A stretch of 64,000 nucleotides of DNA from Elusimicrobiota bacterium (GCA_012517285.1 JAAYVG010000034.1:41483-105482); one strand, 5' to 3'; shown: positions 27,867 to 38,766, counted from the stretch's first letter. The notes: generated by a model not told the origin, from the sequence alone. Translations and numbers: made by a program.

Positions 27867-28496
27867 ATGTTTAAAAAACTACTTCTTGTTATTATATTCT
27901 TTGGAGCTATTTATATGCTTTACGAACAAAAGAAGGATAGAAAAATTGAGCAAGAGAAACTTGATAAGATAAAACAGGAAGAGGTAAAGGAAATAGACCC
28001 GCTTTTGCCAGAGTCTCTTCGTAGTCAGTATATGCTTACGTTTTCAAGGGAGACAATAAACACTTTAAAGATGCTTACAAATGATACCAATGAAAATGTT
28101 AGGTTTTCAGCTATAGAACTTCTTTGGCAGCTAAAGGATAAAGATATAAGCAAGATAATAAAAAATAGTTTTGAAATTGAAACAGAATCATCTATGAAGA
28201 TAAAAATACTAAACATGCTTGCAAAGGAAAAATCCAAGCTTTCTCTTCATCTTATAGCATATGCATTAAAAAATTATGACAAGGATACAAGGCTTAGGGC
28301 GTGTGAGATATTGGGTGATTTTATTGATAAAGAAACGATAGATGTTTTAACGCCATCGCTCAAAGACTATGATGAGGACGTAAGACTTAAGGCTCTTGAT
28401 TCAATAAATAAGATAAAAAATTCTATAGAACAGCACAGAGAACAGAAGATAAAAGAGATATTTGAACCAAAGCCAATTTTTAACGTACAGGGATAA
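27867..28496 (+). CDS. Membrane-anchored HEAT-repeat protein
   Basis: N-terminal TM, then repeats of the type NVRFSAIELLWQL, TRLRACEILGDF and VRLKALDSINKI. Confidence 0.6.
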   Translation: MFKKLLLVIIFFGAIYMLYEQKKDRKIEQEKLDKIKQEEVKEIDPLLPESLRSQYMLTFSRETINTLKMLTNDTNENVRFSAIELLWQLKDKDISKIIKNSFEIETESSMKIKILNMLAKEKSKLSLHLIAYALKNYDKDTRLRACEILGDFIDKETIDVLTPSLKDYDEDVRLKALDSINKIKNSIEQHREQKIKEIFEPKPIFNVQG

Positions 28497-28526
28497 ATTT
28501 CTTTCAAATCATAGTTTCATATCTAT

Positions 28527-29312
28527 ATGAAAAAAATAATATGTGGCATATTGAACATAACCCCTGATTCATTTTCAGATGGTGGTTTGTATATGGAAAG
28601 GAATAAGGCAGTTCAGAGAGCCATTTATATGTATGAAAATGGTGCAGGGTGGGTTGATATAGGAGGTCAGTCATCAAGGCCTGGGGCAGAGCCTATTGGT
28701 ATTGATGAGGAGATCAATCGTGTAATACCTGTTATATCTGATATAAGAAGAATAAAATCATCAGTGGTAATATCGGTTGATACATACTATCCTGAGGTTG
28801 CTGTTGAGGCAATAAAACATGGGGCTGATGTTATAAATGATATAACAGGTTTGAGAGATGAAAGAATGGTTGAGGTTGTGTTGAAATATAACAAACCTGT
28901 TGTTATTATGCATATGAAAGGAGATCCTTTGACAATGCAGAAAAATCCTCAATATGATGATGTCGTTGATGAAATATATAATTTTTTTAAAAATAAGATA
29001 AATTTTTTAAACTCAAAAGGCTTTGATAAGATAATTATAGATCCGGGTATAGGTTTTGGAAAAAGTTTAGAACACAACATAACCATTATTAAAAATTTAT
29101 TTGAGTTTAAAAAACTTGGATTTCCAATTATGATAGGCCCTTCGAGGAAATCATTCATAGGTCATATCTCTGGCGAAAAGGATCCACAAAAAAGATTAGC
29201 AGGGACAATTGCAAGTTGTCTATCCTCTTATGAGGTTGCAGATATATTCAGAGTTCATGATGTTTGTGAGATAAAACAGGCATTTGATGTGTATGAAAAA
29301 ATCTCGCTATGA
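28527..29312 (+). CDS. folP: Dihydropteroate synthase
   Basis: GILNITPDSFSDGG, DIGGQSSRPG and INDITG. Confidence 0.9.
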   Translation: MKKIICGILNITPDSFSDGGLYMERNKAVQRAIYMYENGAGWVDIGGQSSRPGAEPIGIDEEINRVIPVISDIRRIKSSVVISVDTYYPEVAVEAIKHGADVINDITGLRDERMVEVVLKYNKPVVIMHMKGDPLTMQKNPQYDDVVDEIYNFFKNKINFLNSKGFDKIIIDPGIGFGKSLEHNITIIKNLFEFKKLGFPIMIGPSRKSFIGHISGEKDPQKRLAGTIASCLSSYEVADIFRVHDVCEIKQAFDVYEKISL

Positions 29313-30976
29313 ACACAGCAGTATTATCTATAGGTTCAAATATTGGTGACAGGCTTAGCAATATAAAAAAATGTCTTTCTTTTATTAAAAAAAAATCCCA
29401 TTCTATTTTAGTTTCCCCCTTTTATATAACAAGGCCAATGTATTATACAAATCAGCCATATTTTATAAACTGTGCAGTTAAGATAGAGACATCTTTTTCC
29501 CCTTTTGAGCTGCTAAAATTTATTGGAGTTATTGAAAAAAATCTTAAAAGAAAAAGACTTTTTAAAAATTCTCCAAGAACAATAGATATTGACATAATAT
29601 ATTTTAATGATATTATAATGAATGAAAAAAAATTAACAATTCCTCATCCTAAATTATATGAGAGAGGCTTTGTTTTAAAGCCTCTCTGTGATATAGATGA
29701 AAAATTTATTGATCCACTTAAAAAAAAGAGTGTTTATGAATTATGTATGGACTTAAATAATTTTAAAAGTGATATTATAAAGATTCCTGAAAACTATGAT
29801 GAGTTGCTTAATTTTATATCAAAAATTCAACCAAGAGATATCAACGACTTTAAAACTGATTACATAAAGGATACCCTTGATGTTTTTGGTAATCCTCAGA
29901 ACAAATGTGGTAAGATAATTCATATAACAGGTTCATGTGGAAAAACAACTTCTGCTTTCTATATATCAGAGCTTCTTAAAAGAAATGGATACATGGTATG
30001 TCTTTATACGAGTCCTCACATCATTGATATAAGAGAAAGGATCATAGCTAATGGTAAAATGATATCAAAAAAAAATTTTTATGATATTTTTTTAGATATT
30101 ATCTCTTCTTCAAAGCATATGCACTCTATTTTTGAGTATCTGACACTTGTTGCAATTATATATTTCTCAACTAAAAATCCTGATTATTCGATTGTAGAGG
30201 TTGGTATGGGTGGAAGGGATGATGCAACAAATATATTTAAAAAAAGCATATCAGTTTTTACTACAATAACTGAGGAGCACCAGAAATATCTTGGCAGAGA
30301 TATCAAGTCAATAGCAAAAAATAAATCAGGAATAATAAAAAAAAATGGCAAGGTTTTTGTTTCATCTCTTAATGATGATGAGGTTATAGAAGTCTTAAAA
30401 AAAGCAGCTACTAAAAATAATAATAGATTTTATATATCTAGGGTCAATAGTTATAAAAGCAAAAACATTTTTGATGATATAAATTTTTCATTTGCAAGTT
30501 TTATAACACAAAAGATCATCAATCGTAAAATAAAGAATGAAAAAAAATATTTTAAAAACTTATTTCCAGCAAGACATCAAGTCATAAAATATAAAAAAAT
30601 TAATATTCTTTTAGATGGGGCTCACACTCCTGTTTCAATGAGTTTGCTTTTAAACAATGATATGATTTCTGATTATAAAATATGTCTTGCAGGATTTATG
30701 AATGATAAAAAAGTTGATGAAATGCTTCGTATAATGAAAAAAAATAATTTCAAATCAATAATATTAACTGTTCCTTCATCAAAAAGAAGTTTTTATCCAA
30801 CTAATTATATAGCAGATAAAGTCACTGTTATTATTGATTTAAAGGAAGCATTGGAGTATGCCCTCAAGTTTAATGAAAACATTCTTGTGACAGGAAGCCT
30901 TTACTTTTGCGCCGATATTCTTTCTATTATCAAAAAAAAGAAAAAAATTCTTTTAAATGAACTTTCCCCTAAATAG
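29309..30976 (+). CDS. Fusion protein: HPPK (FolK) N-terminal domain plus folylpolyglutamate/dihydrofolate synthase (FolC)
   Basis: First ~150 aa: LSIGSNIGDR, PRTIDIDIIYF and LTIPHP (HPPK). Remainder: HITGSCGKTTS Mur-ligase P-loop and a FolC-like layout. ATGA overlap with folP. Confidence 0.8.
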   Translation: MNTAVLSIGSNIGDRLSNIKKCLSFIKKKSHSILVSPFYITRPMYYTNQPYFINCAVKIETSFSPFELLKFIGVIEKNLKRKRLFKNSPRTIDIDIIYFNDIIMNEKKLTIPHPKLYERGFVLKPLCDIDEKFIDPLKKKSVYELCMDLNNFKSDIIKIPENYDELLNFISKIQPRDINDFKTDYIKDTLDVFGNPQNKCGKIIHITGSCGKTTSAFYISELLKRNGYMVCLYTSPHIIDIRERIIANGKMISKKNFYDIFLDIISSSKHMHSIFEYLTLVAIIYFSTKNPDYSIVEVGMGGRDDATNIFKKSISVFTTITEEHQKYLGRDIKSIAKNKSGIIKKNGKVFVSSLNDDEVIEVLKKAATKNNNRFYISRVNSYKSKNIFDDINFSFASFITQKIINRKIKNEKKYFKNLFPARHQVIKYKKINILLDGAHTPVSMSLLLNNDMISDYKICLAGFMNDKKVDEMLRIMKKNNFKSIILTVPSSKRSFYPTNYIADKVTVIIDLKEALEYALKFNENILVTGSLYFCADILSIIKKKKKILLNELSPK

Positions 30977-31093
30977 TGATCGGTGGTCAGTGGTGAACAG
31001 TGATCAGTAATAAGCATACTTGCTTGCCCAGTCTACCTTGCTTGACGCCTACTAACGTCATTTAGGATAGACAGAAAAAATACCTTTTATTTT

Positions 31094-32101
31094 TTACTTT
31101 GCTTCTGTTACTGGTATGTGAGAGTATATTGATTTTTCTTTTCTTTCAAACACAGGCCTTTTTGATGGGAAGTCAAATGATATAGATATGTTGCTGGTAT
31201 TGCCAAGATCTTTCATACCTGCAAAAGAATAATCTATTGTTAGAAACTTTAGGTTCAGACCAAATCCAAATGCAAATCCACCAACATCATTTCTTGATTT
31301 TTGAGTGTCTATTCCCCCCCTGATCATGAACGATGTGTCCTCACTTATTTTAAGTGCAAGTTCGCTTCCTAAGTTTAAATAAAATGTATCATTCCTTGGC
31401 CATACTATATCAGTTGCAAACATAAGAGAAGGGAATGGATAGATTGCACCACCTATTTTAAATTTTAATGGCAGAGCTGATGATTCTTTGTCATATTTTA
31501 ACGTTCCACCTAAATCCTGTACAAGGAAGCTGAGCTTGTATGGAATATATGCAAACTTATATGCCCTTATACCGAGATCAAATGCTGATGTCTTTGCAGA
31601 ATGATATATCTTAGAATTTATATATTTATAATTCACTCCCATAGAAACATCGGTTTCTCTGTCAGAGAACTCTGTTATACCCTTTGCATAGCTTAGTGTT
31701 ATAACCCTATCCTCAGGAGAAAACTTACCAAGTATGTTTTGATCTATATCAGTGTGCTCTATACTTCCTATATCAGTCATAAAAACTGATGCGCCAATAA
31801 CAGAATCATAGGAAAGCCTCTGAGCATACGATATAAACTGATAGTTTATATCAGCAACATATTCTGTTCGTGATAGCATTATTGAAAACTGGGGTATTTC
31901 AATCAGCCCTGCGGGGTTTGAGTATATGGCTGATGCATCATCTACCACAGCAGTCTGTGCACCACCCATAGCTATAACACGTGGATTTATATTAAGGTTT
32001 AAAAAATCAGCCCCTGTTGTTCCCTTGCCACCTGATCTGAAATAATCCTGAGCCTGAAGGTTAAAGTTAATAAGAAATAATGTGATAAAAAATTTAAACA
32101 T
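31094..32101 (-). CDS. PorV/FadL-like outer-membrane beta-barrel
   Basis: Signal peptide, then GADFLNLNINPRVIAMGGAQTAVVDDASAIYSNPAGL, the N-terminal signature shared by PorV and FadL-like barrels. Immediately downstream of a CTD-bearing cargo gene. Confidence 0.5.
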   Translation of the reverse strand: MFKFFITLFLINFNLQAQDYFRSGGKGTTGADFLNLNINPRVIAMGGAQTAVVDDASAIYSNPAGLIEIPQFSIMLSRTEYVADINYQFISYAQRLSYDSVIGASVFMTDIGSIEHTDIDQNILGKFSPEDRVITLSYAKGITEFSDRETDVSMGVNYKYINSKIYHSAKTSAFDLGIRAYKFAYIPYKLSFLVQDLGGTLKYDKESSALPLKFKIGGAIYPFPSLMFATDIVWPRNDTFYLNLGSELALKISEDTSFMIRGGIDTQKSRNDVGGFAFGFGLNLKFLTIDYSFAGMKDLGNTSNISISFDFPSKRPVFERKEKSIYSHIPVTEAK

Positions 32102-32104
32102 AAA

Positions 32105-35100
32105 TTATCTTTCAATCGCTATCTTTATCGTTTTTTTACCATAAGGCGATTTTATAACGCAGAGATATATACCGCTTGCAACCTTTCCCTCCTTGGAGTT
32201 CATACCATCCCAGTATGCTATACCTGTGCTATCAGCTCTTGTATCATATACCTTCTGACCACTTAAGGTATAAAATGTTAGTGTTGTCTTATCAGGTAGT
32301 CCTGTTATTGTTATAAAACCCTCTCCGCTTCTATTTGGGTAGAATGGATTAGGAAATACTTTTACGTTGCTAAGATCAGTTGGTGGAGTTACCATAATAA
32401 GCTGATAAACACTCAGGTGATTTACTATGGCTGTTATCGTTCTAAGTCCAGTGTTTATTTCTGTCTTGACCGGCAAGCATTGACCTGTCAAAGGATTATA
32501 CCTTGCTAAAGTGACCCTTGATATATTAGAGTTTATATCAGGTGGGTTTGACGAATTTATCGCCTCATCATAAAAATAATTGAATTCAAACGTCATAGGT
32601 ACATAAGGCTGTTCGTTGGAATAAATACCAAATGCAATCGTGCTGCCTCCAAAAGTAAATCCACATTTGTTGTCATATAGCCTTGCGACTGCAATTGGTT
32701 GTTGAGTTTTGAAAGAATCGCTCGGTATGCTTAAAACCACCGACCTTCCATCGGAAAGCTTACCTGATATTTCGACGTTGTTTTCTGGATCTGTAAGTCC
32801 TAATATAGATGATGATGGTGCCTCTCCAGGTCCTCCGAGTGTTACCGCTGGAGTCATGGTCTGTATCCTTGCTGTTTCCTTACCCTCTTTGTTCATAGCA
32901 GCTACATCAAAATAGTATGTTGTTTTAAGCCATAGACCATTTACAAGATATTCAGTATCCACATACTGCTTTGAAAATGGTATTGGTGTGGATATATATG
33001 GCGTTTCAAAGCTCATGCTTGTTGTTCTAAGTTCATAAATGGTCTCTTCGGAGTTCTCTCCTGGATCCCACCCCACTCTCACTCCACTCACAGAAACTGA
33101 TGCAACAAAAACGTTTAACGGCGCATTGGCTAATGTATATTTTGATCCTAAATCAGCTGGTGTATCTGTTGTGTGCCCAGCCTTGTTTATAGCATATACC
33201 CTTGAATAATATCTGTAGTTAGGTTTTAACCCAGTTACAACATATGATATATTTATGGGGCTGGATGTATCAGGTGTAATATCAAAGCTTGATAGCTCCA
33301 AAAATGCAGGGTCTCTTGATACCTCCAATCTGTATGATGTATTAACAACACCTGTTGTATATGCATCTAAATCATTTCCATTTGAAACCCAGTTTACCTT
33401 AAAACTTCCAGTAGATACCTCACTATAAACATTTGGAGAAGCAGGTGCAGGAACTGCAGCTAAGGTATATACTGGTTCTGATATGGAGAAAGGACCCATT
33501 ACGAGCTCATTATATGTTGCTGGATCCTTTTTGTATGATCTTACTTTAACCTGATAGGCTGTGTTCGTAGAAAGATTTAGTTGTGTGAAGTATGGATATG
33601 TTGTGGAGCTCAAAAACACAGAAACATCTGTTGTGGTTTTTAGTATTGGCTCTATTTTTGTTAAATATCTCCATACTTCGTATCCAGTTGCACCACCTGA
33701 TTTATTCCAGCTCCATTTTATTGACTGTGTCGTTAGTGGCATTCCGCTGAGACCTGTTATGTTGCCTACTGTTATTGTGGAGACAGGACTTGTATAATAC
33801 TGAGAATCATATAGTGTTGGAATTCCGTTTCCATTTCTTGCCATAACCCTAAAATAATATCTATTGTTTGGTTCTAAATTTCTTATAGTAAGGTTTGTTT
33901 TTTTATAATTATTAACAAAGTCCATAGCTATAGCATACTCATCAAACCCTGAATATGTTGATATCTCTACCTGATAAGGTGTATAATCAGGGTTATTTCC
34001 ATTGGCATCCCATTCCAATTCAACTGTATCAAAACTTGCATATACAACCCTTAAATCCTTTGGTGGATTTGCTTTGGTATATACTGTACTTTCAGCCACA
34101 GCATATCTTGATGGATCAGAAAAACCACCTATGTTATAGCAACCAACCTGTATCTTTGATGGCGTATTTGGAAGAAGTCCTGTTTGGTAGTATGTTGCTG
34201 GTAGGGATAGTGGTTCAGGGAATGAAACTGTTGAGACAAAAACACCTGAGGCAGAAAACACTGCAAAGCCGTTTGAGTTAGTTGTGTCATATAAAGACCA
34301 GTTCCACTTTATTGATGTCGTGCTCTGTGATTCTGTTGCAGCAAGACCTGTTATGGTGCACTCAGGGCGTGGAGTTGATGCCTGAACTATATAACCATCA
34401 GAGCATATACCGCTGTTGCAGTCATAGAGATAATACCACCCATAAGGAAGCTGATTGACATCCGATGGAACTCTCACTGTTATTGTAGAAAGCGTTTTAT
34501 TCCAATCTGTTGTATTGCTGGTTGATACATATATCTGAGATGATAAATCTATCATAAACTCATTGTTTATTCCTCTTAATATAATCCTCGGCTTTGCAAA
34601 ATCACTGTTGTGACCTCCAGAGCCATCGTTTGATGCATCGGATATTGAATGGAGATTGGAACTGGTACTATAAATAACAATATCTTCTCCTCTATCAAAT
34701 CTTGTTGTTGCATTAGATATAAGTGGTTTTCTTGTAACAGGACTTGTCCCTCTCTTTAAACTATCTCGACCGTAAGCATCAGGAGTAAACATAAGATAAT
34801 ACATTCCTTTAGTAGTGTCAAGATAATTCTGACCATCCCATCCACCTGTGATCATGACATCATTTGATGGTAATAATGCAGCTGAATGACTCATTGTTTT
34901 GCCAGTATCTCCAAAAGATATCTCAGGTCCACTCATAGATATATAAAACTCATTCAGAAAAATTCTTGCCTCATTCTCTATAATTCCAGATTTATCAAGC
35001 CTTTCACCACCCGTGATGGCTATGTTTTTGTCTGGCAATAATATGCTTGAGTGGCTTGTTATATTTGATATGGATATAGGACCGTCTGAAGGATCGCCAA

Positions 35101-37954
35101 GCACTTTCCATTGTGTCCCCGTAAATGCTTCTACTATGTTAGTGGCTCCAATCCCACTGTTTCCACCAAAAACAACAATCCTTCCATCCTCCATAAGATG
35201 AGCGGTATGAGAATGTCTTCCATATGTTAAATTTCCTGTTGAACCAAAAGTATTGGTCTGATGATTAAATATTTCACAACTTTTAAGAACAGAGTTGTTT
35301 GATCCTCCTGCTATCAAAACCCTTCCATCCTTCATAAGTGTGGCTGTGTGTTTGGTTCTTGTTGTTGCCATATCACCAACTCTTATAAATGTATTTGCAG
35401 TTGAAATAAAAATTTCTGCTGTCTTAGAATAATTACCGCTTGAAATTCCTCCTGTTATTAAAACATTGCCATCAGGAAGCAATGTCTGAGTATGACCTGC
35501 TCTTTGAAATTTCATATTTGATGTAGGAACAAACGTCTTGGTTTGAGGATAATATATCTCTGCAGAATCCATAGCCATTAATTCATTCACATCACCATGG
35601 ACGCCGCCAGCTATTAAAACAGTGCCATTTGTTAAAAGAGTGGCTGTGTGATACGACCTTGCCTCTGACATGGTGGATACAATAACCCATGCGTTATCAG
35701 CTGAATTATAGAGCTCGCAGCTTGCCAGTGTTTGAGTACCATCTGTACCACCACATACCAGAACATCGCCGTTATTTAACACTGTTGTCGTATGATTTGC
35801 TCTTTTTGTGTTAAGCTTACCATAATCCTTCCATGATGAAATAGTTTCTGTCTCAAAAAAAGAAGTATTTGATGGATCAAACTGTGGATTATCTCTTATA
35901 CAATTTGATTCTGGGTCTGATTCGCAGTTCCTTCCTCCTATTATGTATGGTATTCCTGACTCTCTTATAACACCATTGTAGTCGAAAAGTGGATAAGGAT
36001 CTATATTATTAAGTGTTAATATCGAATCATCATCGAAATCAAATGTAAAATCTTTTGGTGAAAGTCTTGCGATATCAGCAAAAATCATATCTCTTATAAC
36101 AACTGTGCCACCTGAGACATTATAATCTTGTCCTGATAAATCAATTTTATCAGAAGTAAATGATAGATTAAATCCTATACCCGAAAAAGAAGCAGAAAAA
36201 TTTGTAAATGGAAAATTACAGGTATCAGTTGAACAGGTTACAACTCCATTTAAATTTGAAAATCTGATATCACCTGTTATTAAATTTCCTTCGCCATCTA
36301 TAGAAGCATTTGTTATCTCTCCAATACCACCAGTTATTGTTGCTGTAAAACTGCTGAGAGTTATGGTTGCACTTGTCAGTGTTGCAGTCCCGTTAATTAC
36401 AGAACCAGCATATAAATCTGAAAGTTTAGAATCAATCCTAATATATATTTCGCTAGGAGATATTATATTTAAATTAGCATCCACATAAATATCATTATTG
36501 TTAGTATTACAGTTATTCCCTGTTAGATTTGTAATAGGAGCGAAGTAAACATTACCAGAAGGGTTTCTTAATGATAGAATTGTATCTATTTTACCCCTAT
36601 TATCAATATCGCCAACCATAATTCCATCTAATGTTGCGGTTGATGGAGCTGTGCCATACCACTCTAAATTTTCTGCTGTCAATCTTGGTTCATCTTCAGT
36701 TTTACCTAAAAATAAATCACCATTTATAATTCGTCCTGTAACAGGTTTGGAAAGATCTATTGATTGTTCGAATTGTAGTTTTTTATCCGATGTTGTTGAA
36801 TCAATAGAAGCTATCCTAATTCCGGTTGGATCGGTGACGTTCGTTGGCGGGTTAAGATAAAGAGTTGATGAATCAGAAAAAGTGATATTTGGTGAATAAT
36901 ATGTTACAGGAATATTTCCCCTACCACCCATCATTATAAGCTTTCCGTTTGTCTGAAGTAGAGAAAATTGGTTTGATATCCTGTATGGAAGTATCTTGTC
37001 AAGACCAACCTCTAATGACACTCTCGCTCCATTTTGGTCAAACATCTCTACGTTCTGAATAAAGCCCCATGTTCCCTGCCCTTGTGATGTTTGGACATCA
37101 GGAGAATCATCTGAAAACATTTCTTCTCCGTTGCTGTTATTATACCCACCAGTTATTAAAACATTCCCATTGTTTAAAACAGTAGCTGAATGAAAAACCC
37201 TTGAGGTGTAAAATGGATCTATAAGCGCATCAAAGGTATTCTGAGTGGGATCATAGATCTCTGAGGTATGTGAGAAGCCAAGAGGGCTCAAACTTGTTAT
37301 CCCACCAAAGACAAAGACCTTTCCATTTGGAAGTATTGAAGCAGTATGATAAAATCTTTGAGATGTCATATTGGGACCGCTTTCAAAAACAGTCTTTGAT
37401 GTTATAAATATCTCACAGCTGTTTGATATACTTCCTGATGCATTGTTTTGTCCGCCGCATATTAATACATCACCTGCACTTTGTCCATATGTTAAAAGGG
37501 TAGCGGTATGACCTGCTCGTTGGGATAACATATTAACTATACCTGTACATGTATATGGTGGTGAAGAAAGACATATCTCTGCAGAACTTGTTGGGGTTCC
37601 AGTTGATATAAGCGATTTAGGAAAATTATTTGCAGGATTATTAAATGCTATTGCAGTATGCCCTCCAGCTACAAGGACACGACCGTCTGGAAGAAGCGTC
37701 ATCGTATGGTTTACCCTTGAAGTATTCATTGCAGTTATAATATGCAAGTCCCCACCTGATGTAGTGATGTTAGGTGTTGATAAAATGACTGTACATCTAT
37801 TTGTGACACCTCCTCCTGAAACTCCACCGCACATCATAATATTTGCGTTTGGAAGCATAACTGAGGCTGAATTATAATAGTCATACTGTGAATAGAGAAA
37901 AGAAGAAAATATTCCAAGAATAAAAAATTGAAGAATAATAAGCTTTTTTTTCAT
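32105..37954 (-). CDS. Giant secreted surface protein: two Kelch beta-propeller regions, fibronectin-III repeats and a T9SS/FlgD-Ig-like C-terminal sorting domain
   Basis: Signal peptide. At least 11 Kelch-like H[TS]xxLLxxGxVLxxGG blades in two blocks. FN3-like repeats (PPKDLRVVYASFDTVELEWD...). C-terminus VFPNPFYPN...LTFYTLSGQKVY...WDGMNSKEGKVASGIYLCVI. Confidence 0.85.
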   Translation of the reverse strand: MKKKLIILQFFILGIFSSFLYSQYDYYNSASVMLPNANIMMCGGVSGGGVTNRCTVILSTPNITTSGGDLHIITAMNTSRVNHTMTLLPDGRVLVAGGHTAIAFNNPANNFPKSLISTGTPTSSAEICLSSPPYTCTGIVNMLSQRAGHTATLLTYGQSAGDVLICGGQNNASGSISNSCEIFITSKTVFESGPNMTSQRFYHTASILPNGKVFVFGGITSLSPLGFSHTSEIYDPTQNTFDALIDPFYTSRVFHSATVLNNGNVLITGGYNNSNGEEMFSDDSPDVQTSQGQGTWGFIQNVEMFDQNGARVSLEVGLDKILPYRISNQFSLLQTNGKLIMMGGRGNIPVTYYSPNITFSDSSTLYLNPPTNVTDPTGIRIASIDSTTSDKKLQFEQSIDLSKPVTGRIINGDLFLGKTEDEPRLTAENLEWYGTAPSTATLDGIMVGDIDNRGKIDTILSLRNPSGNVYFAPITNLTGNNCNTNNNDIYVDANLNIISPSEIYIRIDSKLSDLYAGSVINGTATLTSATITLSSFTATITGGIGEITNASIDGEGNLITGDIRFSNLNGVVTCSTDTCNFPFTNFSASFSGIGFNLSFTSDKIDLSGQDYNVSGGTVVIRDMIFADIARLSPKDFTFDFDDDSILTLNNIDPYPLFDYNGVIRESGIPYIIGGRNCESDPESNCIRDNPQFDPSNTSFFETETISSWKDYGKLNTKRANHTTTVLNNGDVLVCGGTDGTQTLASCELYNSADNAWVIVSTMSEARSYHTATLLTNGTVLIAGGVHGDVNELMAMDSAEIYYPQTKTFVPTSNMKFQRAGHTQTLLPDGNVLITGGISSGNYSKTAEIFISTANTFIRVGDMATTRTKHTATLMKDGRVLIAGGSNNSVLKSCEIFNHQTNTFGSTGNLTYGRHSHTAHLMEDGRIVVFGGNSGIGATNIVEAFTGTQWKVLGDPSDGPISISNITSHSSILLPDKNIAITGGERLDKSGIIENEARIFLNEFYISMSGPEISFGDTGKTMSHSAALLPSNDVMITGGWDGQNYLDTTKGMYYLMFTPDAYGRDSLKRGTSPVTRKPLISNATTRFDRGEDIVIYSTSSNLHSISDASNDGSGGHNSDFAKPRIILRGINNEFMIDLSSQIYVSTSNTTDWNKTLSTITVRVPSDVNQLPYGWYYLYDCNSGICSDGYIVQASTPRPECTITGLAATESQSTTSIKWNWSLYDTTNSNGFAVFSASGVFVSTVSFPEPLSLPATYYQTGLLPNTPSKIQVGCYNIGGFSDPSRYAVAESTVYTKANPPKDLRVVYASFDTVELEWDANGNNPDYTPYQVEISTYSGFDEYAIAMDFVNNYKKTNLTIRNLEPNNRYYFRVMARNGNGIPTLYDSQYYTSPVSTITVGNITGLSGMPLTTQSIKWSWNKSGGATGYEVWRYLTKIEPILKTTTDVSVFLSSTTYPYFTQLNLSTNTAYQVKVRSYKKDPATYNELVMGPFSISEPVYTLAAVPAPASPNVYSEVSTGSFKVNWVSNGNDLDAYTTGVVNTSYRLEVSRDPAFLELSSFDITPDTSSPINISYVVTGLKPNYRYYSRVYAINKAGHTTDTPADLGSKYTLANAPLNVFVASVSVSGVRVGWDPGENSEETIYELRTTSMSFETPYISTPIPFSKQYVDTEYLVNGLWLKTTYYFDVAAMNKEGKETARIQTMTPAVTLGGPGEAPSSSILGLTDPENNVEISGKLSDGRSVVLSIPSDSFKTQQPIAVARLYDNKCGFTFGGSTIAFGIYSNEQPYVPMTFEFNYFYDEAINSSNPPDINSNISRVTLARYNPLTGQCLPVKTEINTGLRTITAIVNHLSVYQLIMVTPPTDLSNVKVFPNPFYPNRSGEGFITITGLPDKTTLTFYTLSGQKVYDTRADSTGIAYWDGMNSKEGKVASGIYLCVIKSPYGKKTIKIAIER

Positions 37955-38007
37955 TTATATATATAATACTAAAAATTTTATTAAAAAAAAATTAAATTTT
38001 TTTGAAA

Positions 38008-38529
38008 TCATTTTATTTCAAGTATTGAGTATCTACCATCTCTTGTCTTTTTTGCTTTTGGATCAAGAGTTTTTTTGCCATCAACTATAAAATAATATTT
38101 ATACTCTCCTGGATCTTTTATAAACACTTCATCATACCATACTCCTGAAGATTTTTTCATATCTCTTTCCTTCCATTCATAAAAGCTTGCAGTAATCTTA
38201 ACCTTTTTAGCTCTTTTATTTTGATATCTGATTGTTATCTTCTTGGTCTGTGTTTTAACCTCTAATTTCTCTATTTCACTTTTTTTATCTTCCGTTGTGG
38301 TTGTAGACTGCTTTGTCTGGGTATCAGTCTGTATGTTATCCTGTTTTGATATCTCCTTTATCGATGGTTTATTATTGGTGTTATCAGAAGTCTGCTTCTT
38401 TACCTCAGATATCTCTATGGTATCGCCATAAAGATATAAGTTTATTCTTTTATATATCATTTTAGCTGCAAAAGCAACAACAATTAAGGAGATTATTATT
38501 TCTATAACAAGCTTACTCTTTTCTTTCAT
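38008..38529 (-). CDS. Membrane-anchored protein with a C-terminal AMPK-beta/CBM48-like glycogen-binding domain
   Basis: N-terminal TM and a T/Q/K-rich linker, followed by ITASFYEWKERDMKKSSGVWYDEVFIKDPGEYKYYFIVDGKKTLDP. Confidence 0.55.
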   Translation of the reverse strand: MKEKSKLVIEIIISLIVVAFAAKMIYKRINLYLYGDTIEISEVKKQTSDNTNNKPSIKEISKQDNIQTDTQTKQSTTTTEDKKSEIEKLEVKTQTKKITIRYQNKRAKKVKITASFYEWKERDMKKSSGVWYDEVFIKDPGEYKYYFIVDGKKTLDPKAKKTRDGRYSILEIK

Positions 38530-38702
38530 AAATTCTTCCTTGAAACATTTCCAATTGATTAGTGACAGTTGATAAGAACTTTATTTAATTTTATTCCCTG
38601 TTTTTAACTATCCTCTTTCTACTGGTCACTGTCAGCCATTTGTCTGCTACCCAATGCTTTTTTACTTCTCTCATCTATTCCCTGTCTTTTCTGATCACTG
38701 CT

Positions 38703-38735
38703 CCTGTCTACGCCGAAACGGCTTCGGCAGGCAGG
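38703..38735. repeat. GC-rich palindromic element copy
   Basis: CCTGTCTACGCCGAAACGGCTTCGGCAGGCAGG, flanked by CTGATCACTG-type words. Confidence 0.85.
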
Positions 38736-38766
38736 CACTACTCACTGCCAACTGATCACTCTTATA

